From: Azolla caroliniana
Lineage: Eukaryota; Plantae; Polypodiophyta
Length of the DNA: 64,000 nucleotides
Assembly (NCBI GenBank): GCA_043228905.1
Contig: JBHGNT010000001.1
Coordinates: 7,750,001 to 7,814,000, forward strand
Direction: 5' to 3'
Position numbers and translations under genes: made by a program. The notes under the pieces are model-generated. The model saw nothing but the letters and a program-made list of their open reading frames with translations. It searched no databases and had not been told where the DNA came from. Shown here one piece after another: positions 1-13,136 of the stretch (positions within the stretch are counted from its first letter, which is position 1; every line of letters starts with the position of its first letter).

Positions 1-23
1 AAGACACCAACAAGATTGAGAAG

Positions 24-944
24 TTGAAAAAGGAACTCAGCAAATCTTTTCCCATGAAGGACTTGGGACCAGCCAAGCAAATCCTTGGGATGAAGATAAC
101 CAGGGACAGGTTAAGCAAAAGACTTTGGTTGTCTCAAGAAAAGTACATTGAGAAGGTACTCGAGAGATTCAACATGGCTAAGAGTAAGCCGGTCAACACT
201 CCACTCGCGGGCCACTTTAAATTTAGCTCAACTCAATGCCCTACGAGTGATGAAGAGCAAGAAGGAATGAAACAAATACCATATGCCTTTGTAGTCAGTA
301 GTTTAATGTATGCTATGGTATGCACAAGGCCGGACATTGCTCACACAGTTGGTGTAGTGAGCTGTTTTCTCTCGAACCTTGGAAAAGATCATTGGGAAGC
401 AGTGAAATGGATCCTGCGATATCTGAGGGGTACCTCAAGAGTCTGTCTAAAATTTGGTGAGAACCAAACTATATTAGATGGATATACAGATGCCAATATG
501 GCTAGTGATGTTGACTCCAGAAAGTCTACATCTGGTTACCTAATGATCTTTGCAGGGGGAGCGGTCTCTTGGCAATCGAGATTGCAAAAATGTGTGGCAT
601 TATCCACAACGGAGGCTGAGTATATTGTTGCCACAGAAGCTAGTAAGGAATTGTTATGGCTAAAGAAATTCCTACAAGAGTTGGGGCTGACCCAAGAACG
701 GTACATTTTGTATTGTGATAGCCAAAGTGCTATCCACTTAAGCAAGAATTCTTCCTTTCACTCTAAGTCAAAACACATAGACGTTAGATACCATTGGATT
801 AGAGATGTGCTTGAAGAAAAGCAAATGCACATTGAAAAGATTCACACAAACAAGAATGGTTCCGACATGATGACAAAATGTTTGTCAAGGGAGAAGCTTG
901 AAGTTTGCAAACAAAAGGAAAACCTAGTTGTGCCCCCCACTTGA
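24..944 (+). CDS. Copia polyprotein, RT C-terminus and RNase H (partial, continues upstream of window)
   Basis: Translated ORF with Tnt1-like RT/RNase H motifs; the frame is open to the window edge. Confidence 0.9.
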   Translation: MKKELSKSFPMKDLGPAKQILGMKITRDRLSKRLWLSQEKYIEKVLERFNMAKSKPVNTPLAGHFKFSSTQCPTSDEEQEGMKQIPYAFVVSSLMYAMVCTRPDIAHTVGVVSCFLSNLGKDHWEAVKWILRYLRGTSRVCLKFGENQTILDGYTDANMASDVDSRKSTSGYLMIFAGGAVSWQSRLQKCVALSTTEAEYIVATEASKELLWLKKFLQELGLTQERYILYCDSQSAIHLSKNSSFHSKSKHIDVRYHWIRDVLEEKQMHIEKIHTNKNGSDMMTKCLSREKLEVCKQKENLVVPPT

Positions 945-961
945 GATGGAGGGGGAGAATT

Positions 962-1810
962 TGTTGGGGCTTGTCCACTCAAGTGGAGCCCACAACATTA
1001 AGTCGGCCGAACGCCGAATTGACTTCATACTAATTAGTTGTATTTAAATATATATATATATATATGTATGTATGTCTCCTTTTTTCTTTTTGTATGTTGT
1101 TTTTGGGCATGTGTCTTTTGTATGTGTGAGTGTGAACACAGGTTTGTAGACGTTGGACAAAGAAAAGAAGAAAAGGAAAAAGGAGAGACATCGTGACCTG
1201 TTTTTTTCTATGAGAAAGAAAACAGAGAGCAAAAACTGGTTTTTCTGAGAGAGAAAACAGAGAACGAAAACTGATTTTTTTTTTGAGAGTGTGCAGAGAG
1301 CGAAAATAGAAAATAGAGAGAGAGAAACAGAAATTGAAAGAGTGAGCAAGGGGAAGAGTGAACTACTGTCACAAATACAGAGACCTACGAGGGGTTGTTC
1401 GTGCTATCAAAGAACCACGATTGAACAACACCTGTCCTGTCTACTTGTTTCAGGTTTCTTCGTTTTATGTTTTTCTAGTTTCTTTTTTATTTGGTTTTCT
1501 ATCCACCCAATTGGGTGAGGAATTATAATTTGGGTCATTGTTGTATCCACCCAATCGGGTGAAGAATTGTAGCCGAAATTGTTGCCTTGAAGTAGATACA
1601 TTCCTCTAGTGAGGTAGTATTTCATTGTAATCCAAATTATAGTGAAATTGTTTGGAACCTACGGTTCCCGTGGTTTTTCCCTATTTTGGGTTTTCCACGT
1701 AAATATCTTGGTGTACTCTCATTTTCGTCTTGTGGTTTCATCTATTGGTTATCAAGTGTTAATTGTGTTTGAAGTTTTAATTATCCCGATTCCGCTCCAT
1801 ATTCCCAACA
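962..1810 (+). repeat. 3' LTR of copia element
   Basis: TG...CA termini after the PPT; contains CCCGTGGTTTTTCC and GGGTTTTCCACGTAAA motifs also seen in the LTR at 18424-19091. Confidence 0.8.
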
Positions 1811-2551
1811 TATTCTTTGTGATGGACACTCGTATTGGCACTTCATGGTTTTGTGGGCCGAGTGTGCAAGAGGTGAACCCCTCCCTAGAAAAAGTTGTAA
1901 TACACCTCAACCATATCGAGGATGAAGACAACCACTTGGGGAAAGGGGGTTCTATCAAATGAACACATTCCTCCTCACAAAGAACACGATGGAAACCTGG
2001 AAAAGACAAGCTGGTGGTGAGAACACGGGATACGAGTTATTTGTGCCCACATATTACGGCACACAACTAAAGCAAGGGAGCATTTGTGTCGGTAGTTACA
2101 CATGAGAGAACGAATAGACCCACCCTTAGGAAAAGCCTATTTTGGGAATACGATTATGTTGACCATAGCGGTTGCCACAGCGGGGGAGCTCAAGGATGAG
2201 GATCTCATGGTTACAGCTCAACGTATACATAGATCTATACGTGGTTGTAATAGCGAGACATTTCATAGTTGGCTCCATTGGGTGGAGATCTATGGTGGTG
2301 GTGCCATCTTTGAAGGATGTTTATCCAATGGTGCACGTATTGGAGTATCAAGTTCCCATAACTTTCCAATTTTTAAACTTAACTTTGGTTGGGGTAAACC
2401 TTTGGCATGTCGAATTCCAATTATGGATGATGTACGAAAAATTGTATTCTTTCCTAGTGGCGATATTACGGGTAATATTGAAGTTCTTTTGCCTTTACCT
2501 ACTCATGTTATTCATCGACTACAAAGTGAGGACATGTTTGTCAATCCTTAA
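1811..2551 (+). pseudogene. BAHD acyltransferase pseudogene (type A paralog, exon 2 remnant)
   Basis: Highly similar to 4753-5566 (ILCDGH...NFGWG...MFVNP). Interrupted by the LTR at the HXXXD His codon; small deletions at microhomologies (AACCC, TTTG) and frameshifts. Its 3' flank (2552-2960) is similar to 5567-5960. Confidence 0.9.
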
Positions 2552-3951
2552 GATAATTAATGGTGTTCATCGTTCCTTTACCCATTTTGATTTTAAAACA
2601 TTTGAGTTTTGCTTGTGAGGTCGTAAGCTTATGAACAATATTTTAATGATAATTAAGCTATGTTGATGTAATGCTAATGCATTTGTAGCTCATTAGACAT
2701 AATTCTAATGTTGATGGGGCATATGTAGGAGGAAGCCTTTGATTGATATATTACTTTCCACTCAATGTGCAAGAAGATTGCATTGTGTGCAAAATTTGAA
2801 CCTTTTGGTTTGGGCATTTTACCAATATAACACTTAATATAGGAATATTCCAACAAGCCGTTAGTTCAACGAGGAAGCAAACGAGTATTAACAAATCATG
2901 GCACCTTTTTCACAAAAGTTAATGAATTATGACAACGTTGTGAATATAATGTCGATGGAATTCATCCAAGAAAACTATTGAAATCAGGTCAAAACAATCA
3001 ATTGAACATTATACATTCTCATTGTCTAAGACAACGTGTTGTCTAAGTTTTGAAAAGCGTTGCTTGATATGGTGCCTACTACCAATTGAGTTTGCATGTC
3101 GATGACTTTATGACATATTGGCACGCTTTTCTTGACTACCAATGTTGGACGATGTTAATGCTTGAACAATTTGAACTAAATTGTAAATATGTGTCTCAAG
3201 CACTCGCAAAGTTTGATTTAAAGTAGCAAGCAAGCATTCGTTTTTTTTATCAAGAACATTGACAAAAGTAAAAAAATGTTGTTTCGTAAATATGCCATTG
3301 TTAGTGTAACTAGCAACGTTTTTATTTTGTATCCAACACATCATGTGTCATGATAATGTCTGTTTCTGTCCATAGTGTTCAAGGTGGATGTTTTTTTTCT
3401 TCATACATAGGATCATTATATTCTTGCTATGAATATGTGATGTAAAATATAGTAAGTACATCGAAGTCTATGTGGGACACCAAATTGAATAATTGTAAAA
3501 TTTGGCAAGTTCCTTCAACTCTGAGCATGTGATACACTCTCGCTTAAAAAATAACAAACAGATCGATGGCCATTTGTTCTGCCGACACGAGTTTTAAGTT
3601 TGAGCGGCCAAACATCTACCCCCCCTAACCCAGAAGAACTCTTATTGGTTTGTGTCTTCGTGGACTTCTAGAAGTTGATTCCTCCAAATAAAATAGAACG
3701 AATACCTTAATAGGCTTCTATATGTTTCCAAATCAAAAAGTGCAAAAAGTTTTACGCACCCCGATCGTGTCACATGGGATGTGGAGCCCACCTTTGAATG
3801 CTACAATTTTATATGACATATAACTTGAAAGTGATGGAGCTTAAAGATTGGGAAGAGAAAAAAGTCATGGATGGATCGTTGATAAGCTCAAGAAATGGCG
3901 TGTCAGACTAAGACAAGAGATTAGAGAAAGAGAGAGTAGGGGGGGAGAGAC

Positions 3952-5566
3952 ATGGCATATGTGCAGGTTGATCAAGATATAAGAGTGCGGGTTGTGAAGG
4001 AAGAGATGGTGAGGCCGAGCAACAGGATAAGGAGAACCAGCAATGGAAGTTGGGATGGCGAATCGCGTGTGGAACGAATGTTTCTATCGGCCATGGACAC
4101 GATGGGCCCCAAGGCTCCACACTTCGGTCGAATTCTCTTCTACGAGGCGAGCCGCACACTAGGCTTTGGTGGACATCATGAAGACATGGAAGAGGAGATC
4201 ATGAAGAGGTCTTTGGGATTCGCATTGGACGAGTTCTACCCACTGGCGGGGCGCCTCCATGCAGGTGCCGATGGCCGGCTCCACGTGGTGTGCGATGACA
4301 CAGGTGTCCCTTTCGTGGAGGCCGTGGTTGAGGGCAACATAACATTGATGGATCTCAAGCAATCCTGGGGCTTCCAATGGCAGCCTTTCTTCACCCAGCT
4401 GGCCCCAAGTGTAGATCCAGAAGACTATTGCTCTGCACCTCCATTGATTGTCCAGGTGTGAACAAACATCTCACCTTTGATCTCTCTTTACACACTTACA
4501 TCATACATTGGGCCTTCAGGCCTATATGGGGACCCACACATTTCGACCATAACCATGAGCTAGTCCCCGTCTCATAGAAAGCTATTGGTCTCTTGTGGAT
4601 TTTAGAAAGATATCTATCTATCAAACACAACTCCCACACACATATGTATGTATGTATGTATTCTACATAGTTTCAATTTTCTCTTTTTTTGTTAAAATTC
4701 AGATTTCCAGATTCAAGTGTGGAGGCATTGCACTTGGGGTTTCCCGAAGCCATATACTTTGTGATGGACACTCGTTTTGGCACTTCATGGTTTCGTGGGC
4801 CGAGTGTGCAAGAGGGGAACCCATCTCATTGCCTCCGATTCATAATCGTTCTTTGTTGAAGATTGATAACCCATGCCTAGAGAAAGCTGTATTACACCTC
4901 GCCCATATAGAGGATGAAGACAACCACATGGGGCAAGGGGATTCTATAAAAATGAACACATTCCTCTTCACCAAGGACATGATGGAATCCTTGAAAAGAC
5001 AGGTTGGTGGTGAGAACACGGCGTACGAGGTTATTTGTGCCCACATATGGCGTCACATATCTAAAGCAAGGGAACATTTGGATGATAAGAAAGTAGGCTT
5101 TGTTTCAGTAGTTAACATGAGAGAACGAATAGACCCACCCTTAGGAAAGGCCTATTTTGGGAATGCAGTTATGTTCACCATAGCGATTGCCATGGCAGGG
5201 GAGCTCAAGGATGAAGATCTCGTCGTTACAGCTCAACGTATACACAGATCTATACGTGGTTGTAATACCGAAACATTTCATAGTTGGCTCCATTGGGTGG
5301 AGATCTATGGCGGTGATGCCATCTTTGAAAGAATTTTACGCAATGGCGCACGTGTTGGAACATCAAGCTCCCATAATTTTCCTATTTTTAAACTTAATTT
5401 TGGTTGGGGTAAACCTTTGGCATGTCGAATTCCAAGTATGCATGATGTAGGAACACTTGTATTCTTTCCTAGTGGCGATATTCATGGTAATATCGAAGTT
5501 CTTTTGCCTCTACCTACTCATGTTATGCATCGACTAGAAAGTGATGACATGTTTTTCAATCCTTAA
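3952..5566 (+). CDS. BAHD acyl-CoA-dependent acyltransferase, type A; exons 3952-4455 and 4703-5566, ~455 aa
   Basis: Exon 1: FYPLAGRL, CDDTGVPFVEA, PPLIVQ, then donor GTGTGA. Acceptor TTCAG, then ISRFKCGG, catalytic HILCDG and the NFGWG variant of DFGWG. Phase-0 intron at the conserved BAHD Q position; no internal stops. Confidence 0.93.
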
Positions 5567-6103
5567 GCCAATGTATGGTGTTCATCGTTTGCTTTACCCA
5601 TTTCGAGTTTGAAACATTTGAGTTGTGATTGTGTATGTGTGAGGTTGTAAGCTTATGAACAATATTTTAATGATAATTAAGATATGTTGATGTAATACTA
5701 ATGCATTTTGTAGCTCATTAGTCATAATTCTAATGTTCATTGGGCATGTGTAGGAGGAAGTCTTTGATTGATGTATTACTTTCCACTCAATGTGCGAGAA
5801 GATTGCATTGTGTGCAAAAGTTGAATCTTTTGGTTGGAGGATTTTACCAATATAACAGTAATTATAGGAACATCCCATGAGTTTGACGAGGACGTAAAAA
5901 GTGTATTAACAAATCATGGTACCTTTTTCACAAAAGTTAATGAATTATGACAACCTTTGTGTATGTAATGCCAAGGACACAAAAGTGTATTAACAAATGA
6001 TGGCACCTTTTCCACAAAAGCTAATGAATTATGAGAACCTTTGTGTATGTAATGTGGATAGAATACATCCCACCTTTGTGGACAACCTTTGTGTTTCTGT
6101 CCG

Positions 6104-9100
6104 TAGTGGTTCAAGGTGGATGATCAAGGTGGATGATCTTTATCTTCATACATAAGAAGATCAGTAGATTCTTGCTAAGCCCTTTCCTTCGCCTGATGAA
6201 TTGGATTGACTGGAATGATTGGAGGCAAAAGCAATGGGCAGGCTACTTGGACAGGCAATGATTGGAGGCAAGCAAAGCATTGGGCAAGATTCTTCCATTC
6301 TTCCTGCTCTTTGCACGTCTCTTCTCTTAACTTCCATCTTTCTAGTCTTGTGACTCCTTTTGCGCACTTTCTTTCTTGCTTCTTGCTCAAGGCTCATCTT
6401 ATCTCATGTAAAGGTTTTACTCATGTCATTCTCTCATGCACAAATAAATGCTTGCTTCATAAATATATGCCTTGGAAAGTCTCAAAGGGAAACACTGTAA
6501 GAACGCCAAGAAGCTTTTAAGTACTTAATGAGTTTAAATTAGCTAAATAGAAGGTATCACAAGATCTACAGTCATGCAAAGGGCTTATTTGTAAAAAAAA
6601 TGAGAACTTGCAAAGTATATGCAATAAATCCTCCATACCCAAGAGAAAGCATATGCTTGTGCTGAATCTTGGAGAAAACTAATGGGGGAAACACATTATG
6701 AGTTATGGTAGCTTAACCCAGGAGAGGTGTGACGCACTGTAGAAATCCATAACATGTTCAAAGATATGGTAGCTTAACCCAAGGGTGGTGTAGTGCATTG
6801 TGAGAATCTATAACATGTTCAGAGTTATGATATCTTCGCCCAAGAGTAAGAATCTATATATTTAATCAAATATGGGAAAGATTGTACATATCATTGTTCT
6901 ATTTAGTATTTCATTGCTTCTTTGCCATTAGGATATATATGGAAGGTTCAAGTAATTGGCCACCCACTAGAAAGAAACAAGAATTGGGCTGGCCAATGTT
7001 AGTTGACTTGAGGCATTAATGTCCATTTCATGGATATGGAAAGGAAAAAGCTTCCCTATTCTAGAGAAGGACACTCAAGGGTGTGTGACAAAATATATCT
7101 AGATGAAGGTCTTGCACCAAAACAAGTAGCATACTGTGAAGAAATTATGCCATGAGTTCTCCATTCAAGAAGAGAAAAAAAAGGTTCTCTAAAATGGTGG
7201 GCGTGGTTATATTATGTGCAAGATACGTGCATAAACATTGTATGGCCCATGAGACCTCATGCATGTCTACATAGAATTACAGTGGTATATTAAAGATACT
7301 TTCTAGAACACATATATTGTATTTAAACAAAGATACTTGAACTTAAACCACCGAGCACTTGTACTTGGATCACTAGAACCAATAATTGAAGCATTGTTCA
7401 AGAATTGAAAATCTTGTCTCTTAAATCATTCAAATGACTTTAATACTACACCTGATATTTGACACCCAACATAGCGTGCCAAATGAAAACTTTCATTTTC
7501 TTACGTTAGTGTTCAAGGTGGATCATCTTTTTCTTTATGTATAAGACAGTTATCTTCTTCCTGTGAAAGTGATATAAATGTCGAAAGCAAGTCCTCCCTA
7601 GTGTGTTAAATTAGTTATCCCATCAATGAAATCAGCTAACGTGATTGAAGGCTACCATTGAAGTGTTTGCTGAAAATTATTATGTGATTAATATTGTGTT
7701 GTTTTTAATAAAAATAGATCAAAATAAAGCTGCATAATAAAGTCAATGTTCTCATAGTTGTGATGTTGTATGGGTGAGGTAATGAGATAGGTGTTCAATT
7801 TGTTTCACTCTTAATAATTTCCATTGCTGCTTTAATTAATGTATTATGAAGTGCCATCTTATTGCAATGACAAGTTTTTATAACTGCCCTTAATTTAATT
7901 CTTAGTCTTTTGTATTGAAATTTAGGTCTCAAGGTTTGATTGTGGTGGAATTGCACTTGGGATTGTACACAGTCATGTCCTTTGTGATGGTACCTTATTG
8001 TGGCACTTCATGAGCTCATGGGCAGAGTGTGCCAGAGGTGAAGCCATTTCCATACCTCCAGTTCATACACGTTCTTTATTGAAGATTGAGAACCCATCAC
8101 CAGAAAAAGCAAGAATACACCTTGAACATGTGGACGACGACGATGTCAAAAATATTGGTCAAACAGTTTCTGTAAAAATGAACACTTTCTGCTTCACTAA
8201 AGACATGATCACAAGGTTGAAAAATAAAGTTGGTGGTCAGAACACATCATATGAGATAATATGTGCTCACATATGGCGGCATACCACAAAAGCTAGGGAA
8301 CATTTGCATGGCAAGAAACTCGGCTTCATTTCGATCGTTAACATGGGAGAATGAGCTGACCCACCCTTAGGAAAAGCCTATTTTGGGAATGCATTTATGT
8401 GGACAATTGCCACCGCAACATCTGTGGAACTCGAGGAAGAGGACCTTGCCTCAACAACTGAACGTATACATAGATCTTTGATTTCTTGTACTAATGAAAC
8501 CTTTCATAATTGGCTCCATTGGTTGGAGGTATACGATCGAGATGCCATGTTTGAATGTTGCTCCCTCAATAATGCACGAATTCGAGCATCGAGCTCTCAT
8601 AATTTTCCTGTCTTCAAAGTTGACTTTGGTTGGGGGAAACCTCTGGCAGCTCGATTACCGAGTGCTGATGATCCAGGAAAGATTATTTTCTTCCCTGGTA
8701 AAGATATTCCTGGTAATATTGATGTAGTCTTGGCTTTACCCACCCATGTCATGAATCGACTAGAAAGTAACAAAGCCTTTACAAATCCTTAGGCCAACAA
8801 TGCTTGCCCTATTTATTATTAAGGCTTCATACATTCAAATGGTGGCCACGTACATGCAAACCATAATAATCTTGTTATTAACATTGATGAATGATCTTCC
8901 AATAATCATCAATTGCAATGGAATAAGGCAAAATGCATTTTTTGTCATTGTCAGAGTATATCATACATTGCCAAAACACTTGATGTCATCGGTATGCACG
9001 TGAGAATTAACTTGTAAATTTTGAGTTTTGAAGTTCCAATATGTTATGGCTATTCTAATTTGCAATTATATTGGTAAGGATGATTGGTTGTAGTCCCTAC

Positions 9101-10597
9101 CAAATATAGCTTGCACCACACCCCTCGGTTTGGATGGATGGATCTTTTTGTAGACCTCTTCCATCGGAACCAAGCTTGAGTTTCCTACCTCATGGCTCTA
9201 ACAAATGTTTCCAGTTGGCTCATTAGCAGACTATCCCTGTGGATGAGGAAAGATAGTAAACCAATTTCTGATTTGTAGAAGAGTTAGAACTAGTTACCAT
9301 GGGGGTTTTGAACCCTTCCTCTTTCCAGATGTTCTTTCCATACTCAAGAGAAGGATTTGTATACCTATATATGTAAACATCCCTCTAAGGCAAATTATCT
9401 TATTACTCGTGAATATCGATTCATTCAGATAGATCGTTCCTTTGGGATTTTGAACTATCCTATTCCTTGTGAATATGGATCCATTCAGGTAGATGGTTCC
9501 TTTGGGATTTTCTACTGCATGGTTCATAACCCCTATTTTTCCAATCGACCTTACTACAGAACAGATGGTGTAACTTCTAAACTCATTGTACCATATCCTT
9601 AATGATGAATCTTTACAGTGCTAAATCTTTCCATTTAATCAACATTTTATTTCAACCTAGTGGTAAGTTCCATTATGAATTCTAAGCCTTCAGTTCAAGG
9701 CTTGATGATCATACCTCCGGTAACATTGCCCACAAACAACCTTAGCAGGCATTGATTGTCATTCCGGGTTCAAACCCCCATTACATTGGTAGATATATAA
9801 TATTCGTATGAAGCAAGCATGTAGACCTTGTAGCCAAATTCTCCCAAAATGCATAAGATGTATAGATGTAAAAAAACAAAAGACTACAAAAAACATTTAG
9901 TTTTTTCCAACTATTAACTAAATATTTAATGTGGCTATAATTTATAGATAAAAAAAAGTCTCATACTGCAGTATAAACAAAATATACATCACTTTTATTA
10001 TTATAGACTTCTCTTTTATAGCATGAAACGTGCCCGAGAAAACCTTCAACACGAACAACAAAAGCCTCATTCAAATGTATTAGAGCTAACAAAATCGAAG
10101 CTCAACAAGTTCCATTTATTTCTCTTATCATAGGAACAAAGTATCACAAAATTTGGGAAGTTGATTGGGTCATGCCATTGCTCTTAGAGAAACGGCCCTA
10201 TAGCACACTCTCTTCGCAGCACGCACAATGTCATCGATCTACAACCATGAAAACCCTTGAATTAGTGTTTCATGTCCACTTCTGAATGATTCAAGGAAAA
10301 CCAAAATGTCCAAAATGACCAAACCAAACCCCAAGGTTACCTCCATATTTTTGGAATGATAAACAAACATCAAGAGTGCAAGTGAAACCCTAAACCACGA
10401 AATCCGCAAAAGTGCAAGTGAAGCCCATGGACTAATGTTTTAACTCCACATTTTCTGAACATATTTTGAGCACTTAACTTATAAGCCATTACATTAACTA
10501 ATGTTACACAAAAGCTTCTGGAAAGAGGGAAGAAACTACGGAAGAACACCAAAATACCCCTAAGTTTCTAGGAGTTCCAAGAATGCCCCTCTGCAAA
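6104..10597 (+). repeat. Segmental duplication copy 1 (paralog of ~44824-50661), lacking BAHD-B exon 1
   Basis: Continuous high similarity to 44824-45054 and 46486-50661. The junction at ~6288 skips ~45055-46485. Similarity ends at CCCCTCTGCAAAC (10597 / 50661). Confidence 0.9.
7926..8792 (+). pseudogene. BAHD acyltransferase type B pseudogene (exon 2 only, nonsense mutation)
   Basis: Near-identical to 48027-48893 (HVLCDG, VDFGWG). CGA to TGA stop at 8352-8354; exon 1 deleted. Confidence 0.92.
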
Positions 10598-12170
10598 CTG
10601 CCCAAGTCTCTGGAGCATGTGTGGAGAAAATCTGGCCATGGTCGTTGTCGACGCTTGTTATCTTGTTTAAAGTCACCTCCTCGATGTCGTCTTTAGCGGC
10701 TAGATCCTCAATTACTCTAGCCTCGCTCTCTTTATCTCCATTGATGCAAGCTTCGATTTGGCTTGTTCCATCATCCATTGTTTCGAACTCGACGCATGTT
10801 CCGAAATATTCGACCTCCTTTGAAATGACCCGTCATCGTCCTCAAGTCATCATCAATCTTCTTTTCATGTTGGATGCGTTCTTTAGGAGTCTCGACGTCT
10901 TTTGATGGTTTTGCTTTTTCTACGCTCGGTTTTACCAAGTCAATATCATGGAGCCATTGATGACGCATGTCGATCTTGTTGCATGCTTGCTTCACCGCAA
11001 CCCAGTCCGCCACAAGCCCGTTAGCTTGGGTATCATCTTCGAGGAGAGTCCCCAACTCTCATTTATCTTTCATATCTATAGCCTTCAAGAAGTACAAACT
11101 CTTATCTTCCTCAAGTAGCACTTGGTCCATGGCGGGGAGACGACCAAACATCTGGTTGAACTCGTCGTATACCCTCGAGACGCTCATCTTCTTATTTTTC
11201 TTCTCTATCCATTTGATGAGGACATGTCGAGTCATCCTCGTCGAGTCTTCAATCGCGAACTGTGCTAATATCGCTTTCTCGAACTCGGACCATGTTGTCT
11301 TACTTTCTTGAATATCGATGATGCGTCTTTGGATGTTGTTGGCGACCACTCTCTTGAAACTTGCGATTTGACGTGATTCCGACACGTCCCTTTGATTCAT
11401 TTCCCTTTTGTATGCATTAAGGAACTTCGTAATGTTCCTTCTGTCAAATTGACCCTCGAGCTCAACGACACAATCGACAGCCTTCTCCACGCTTGCATTG
11501 TTGTCTCGAGATCTCATCATTTGTTCGACGATCAACATCATCGTTTCGAACTCTCCCGCTTGGTTGCTTGAGGATGCCATCTCCAAGTATTGGTTGTTCC
11601 TCGATTTGATCCTTCCTGCCGCCTCTTTCACGTCGGGTTCACCAAAGATGTCGCGATAATCCGCGCTTGCATATCGGATCCGGGCGGGACCACCGGGGTT
11701 ATGGACCAGGAAGGGAGGAGTTGCCGAGAACCCGAATCCTTCGGAGCTTGCTGCGTTGCCGGCCGGTTCGATCTCGAAAACTCTTCGGACGCGACCAGTA
11801 ACAGCACAAGAAGTGAGAGAGTGTGCCCTCGTCCTTGCCGCCCCTTTCGCCTGTATGTACAAGGGGCCCAAAAGAGGCTTGGGACATGGCCCGATTAGCC
11901 GTGCCCGTGCACACGCACACACACACATACACACCTGGTTACGACCGGCACCTTTGCACCGGCGACCACGCACGCACCCTCTCTCGTATCCTATGCTAAT
12001 CGGAAACACACATACACACATATACACACGCGATGCTCGCTGCGACACTAGTTCCACACGGAGAGGAAGAGGGAGCCTGCATCCTAGGGCCGATCGGGGA
12101 GCTCTCAGGCTCGTTCACGCAACGGGACCCTCGTGTAGGGCACACTATCGTGTGGTTTTTCACACACGAT
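10598..12170 (-). mobile_element. Truncated LTR retrotransposon fragment, probably Ty3/gypsy (LTR-like region, PBS-like site, gag-like ORF)
   Basis: Minus-strand gag-like frame from ~11580 (GQFDRRNITKFLNAYKREM, TTWSEFEKAILAQF, YFLKAID) with a stop at 11059 and continuation to ~10600. tRNA-3'-like PBS TGGTCGCGTCCGAAGAG at ~11781-11797. Confidence 0.6.
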
Positions 12171-12469
12171 ATGAAAGCTAGTAAAATAATTATTTACGAT
12201 TAGCTTAATATATTGATATGGAAAGATAAATGTGTTCAAGAGCTTCATAACGTATTTTACTACGCATAAAACGGATAAACAAGTATCAAGTTATGTGAGT
12301 GTGAAGTTTGAAGAAAAGAAAAGAAAAGACAAAATTGTGAGTTATCCCACATAGATAGGACAACATTGGAACCCAGGATATATAAGGGAAACCAAAACAT
12401 ATTCATTCTATTAATGTGTGCACACAGAATGTTCAAGGTGACTTGGGCTACATTGTGTGGTGTGTGCTG

Positions 12470-13136
12470 CACGCTTCGGGTGTGCGCGCGTATGCACGTC
12501 CGTGTTAATGCTTCGGGTGTATGCGCGTATGTGTGTATGCACGGTTGTGTTTAATGCTTCGGGCGTATGCGCGTGCGCATGGCCACGTGGACGTCTTCGG
12601 ATGTACGCACGTGTGCAAGTTTCAAGCGTACGTGTGCACGATCGCGTGGAGGTTTCCGACGGATGTGTGTGGATGCTTTGGGCGTATGCGTATGCACGTC
12701 CGTGTTAATGCTTCGGGTGTATGCGCGTATGTGTGTATGCACGATTGTGTTTAATGCTTCGGGCGTATGCGCGTGTGCATGGCCACGTGGACGTCTTCGG
12801 ATGTACGCACGTGTGCAAGTTTCGGGCGTACGTGTGCACGGTCGCGTGGAGGTTTCCGACGGATGTGTGTGGATGCTTTGGGCGTATGTGAGTGCGTATG
12901 ACCACGTGGACGTCTTCGGATGTACGCACGTGTGAAGGTTTCGGGCGTACGCGTGCACGGTCGCGTGGAGGTTTTGCGACGGATGTGTGTGGATGCGTAC
13001 ACTATGCTTTGGGCGTATGTGAGTGCGCATGGCCACGTGGACGTCTTCGGATGTACGCACGTGTGCAAGTTTCGGGCGTACGCGTGCACGGTCGCGTGGA
13101 GGTTTTGCGACGGATGTGTGTGGATGCGTACACTAT
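12470..13136. repeat. CpG-rich tandem repeat, ~4 units of variable length (~120-200 bp)
   Basis: Core CCACGTGGACGTCTTCGGATGTACGCACGTGTG...CGCGTGGAGGTTT recurs at ~12583, 12783, 12902 and 13033. Confidence 0.85.

Larger units (their letters stand above)
1..1810 (+). mobile_element. 3' part of a Ty1/copia LTR retrotransposon (RT C-terminus, RNase H, PPT, 3' LTR), inserted into exon 2 of a BAHD gene
   Basis: ORF 24-944 has copia RT/RNase H motifs (MKDLGPAKQILGM, GYTDAN, ALSTTEAEY, YCDSQSAIHL, KHIDVRYHWIR). Purine tract GGAGGGGGAGAA at ~948-959. LTR begins TGTTG at 962 and ends CCCAACA at 1810, directly followed by BAHD coding sequence. Confidence 0.92.

Noticed and set aside
9294-9760. Possible decayed LRR-receptor fragment (LNGSI-like repeats; also 49417-49830)
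   Set aside because: Only a short internal duplication with vague similarity; no consistent LRR frame can be reconstructed.
11760-11797. tRNA-like sequence (GGTTCGAT...GGACGCGACCA)
   Set aside because: No full cloverleaf; its position upstream of a gag-like ORF fits a retroelement primer-binding site.
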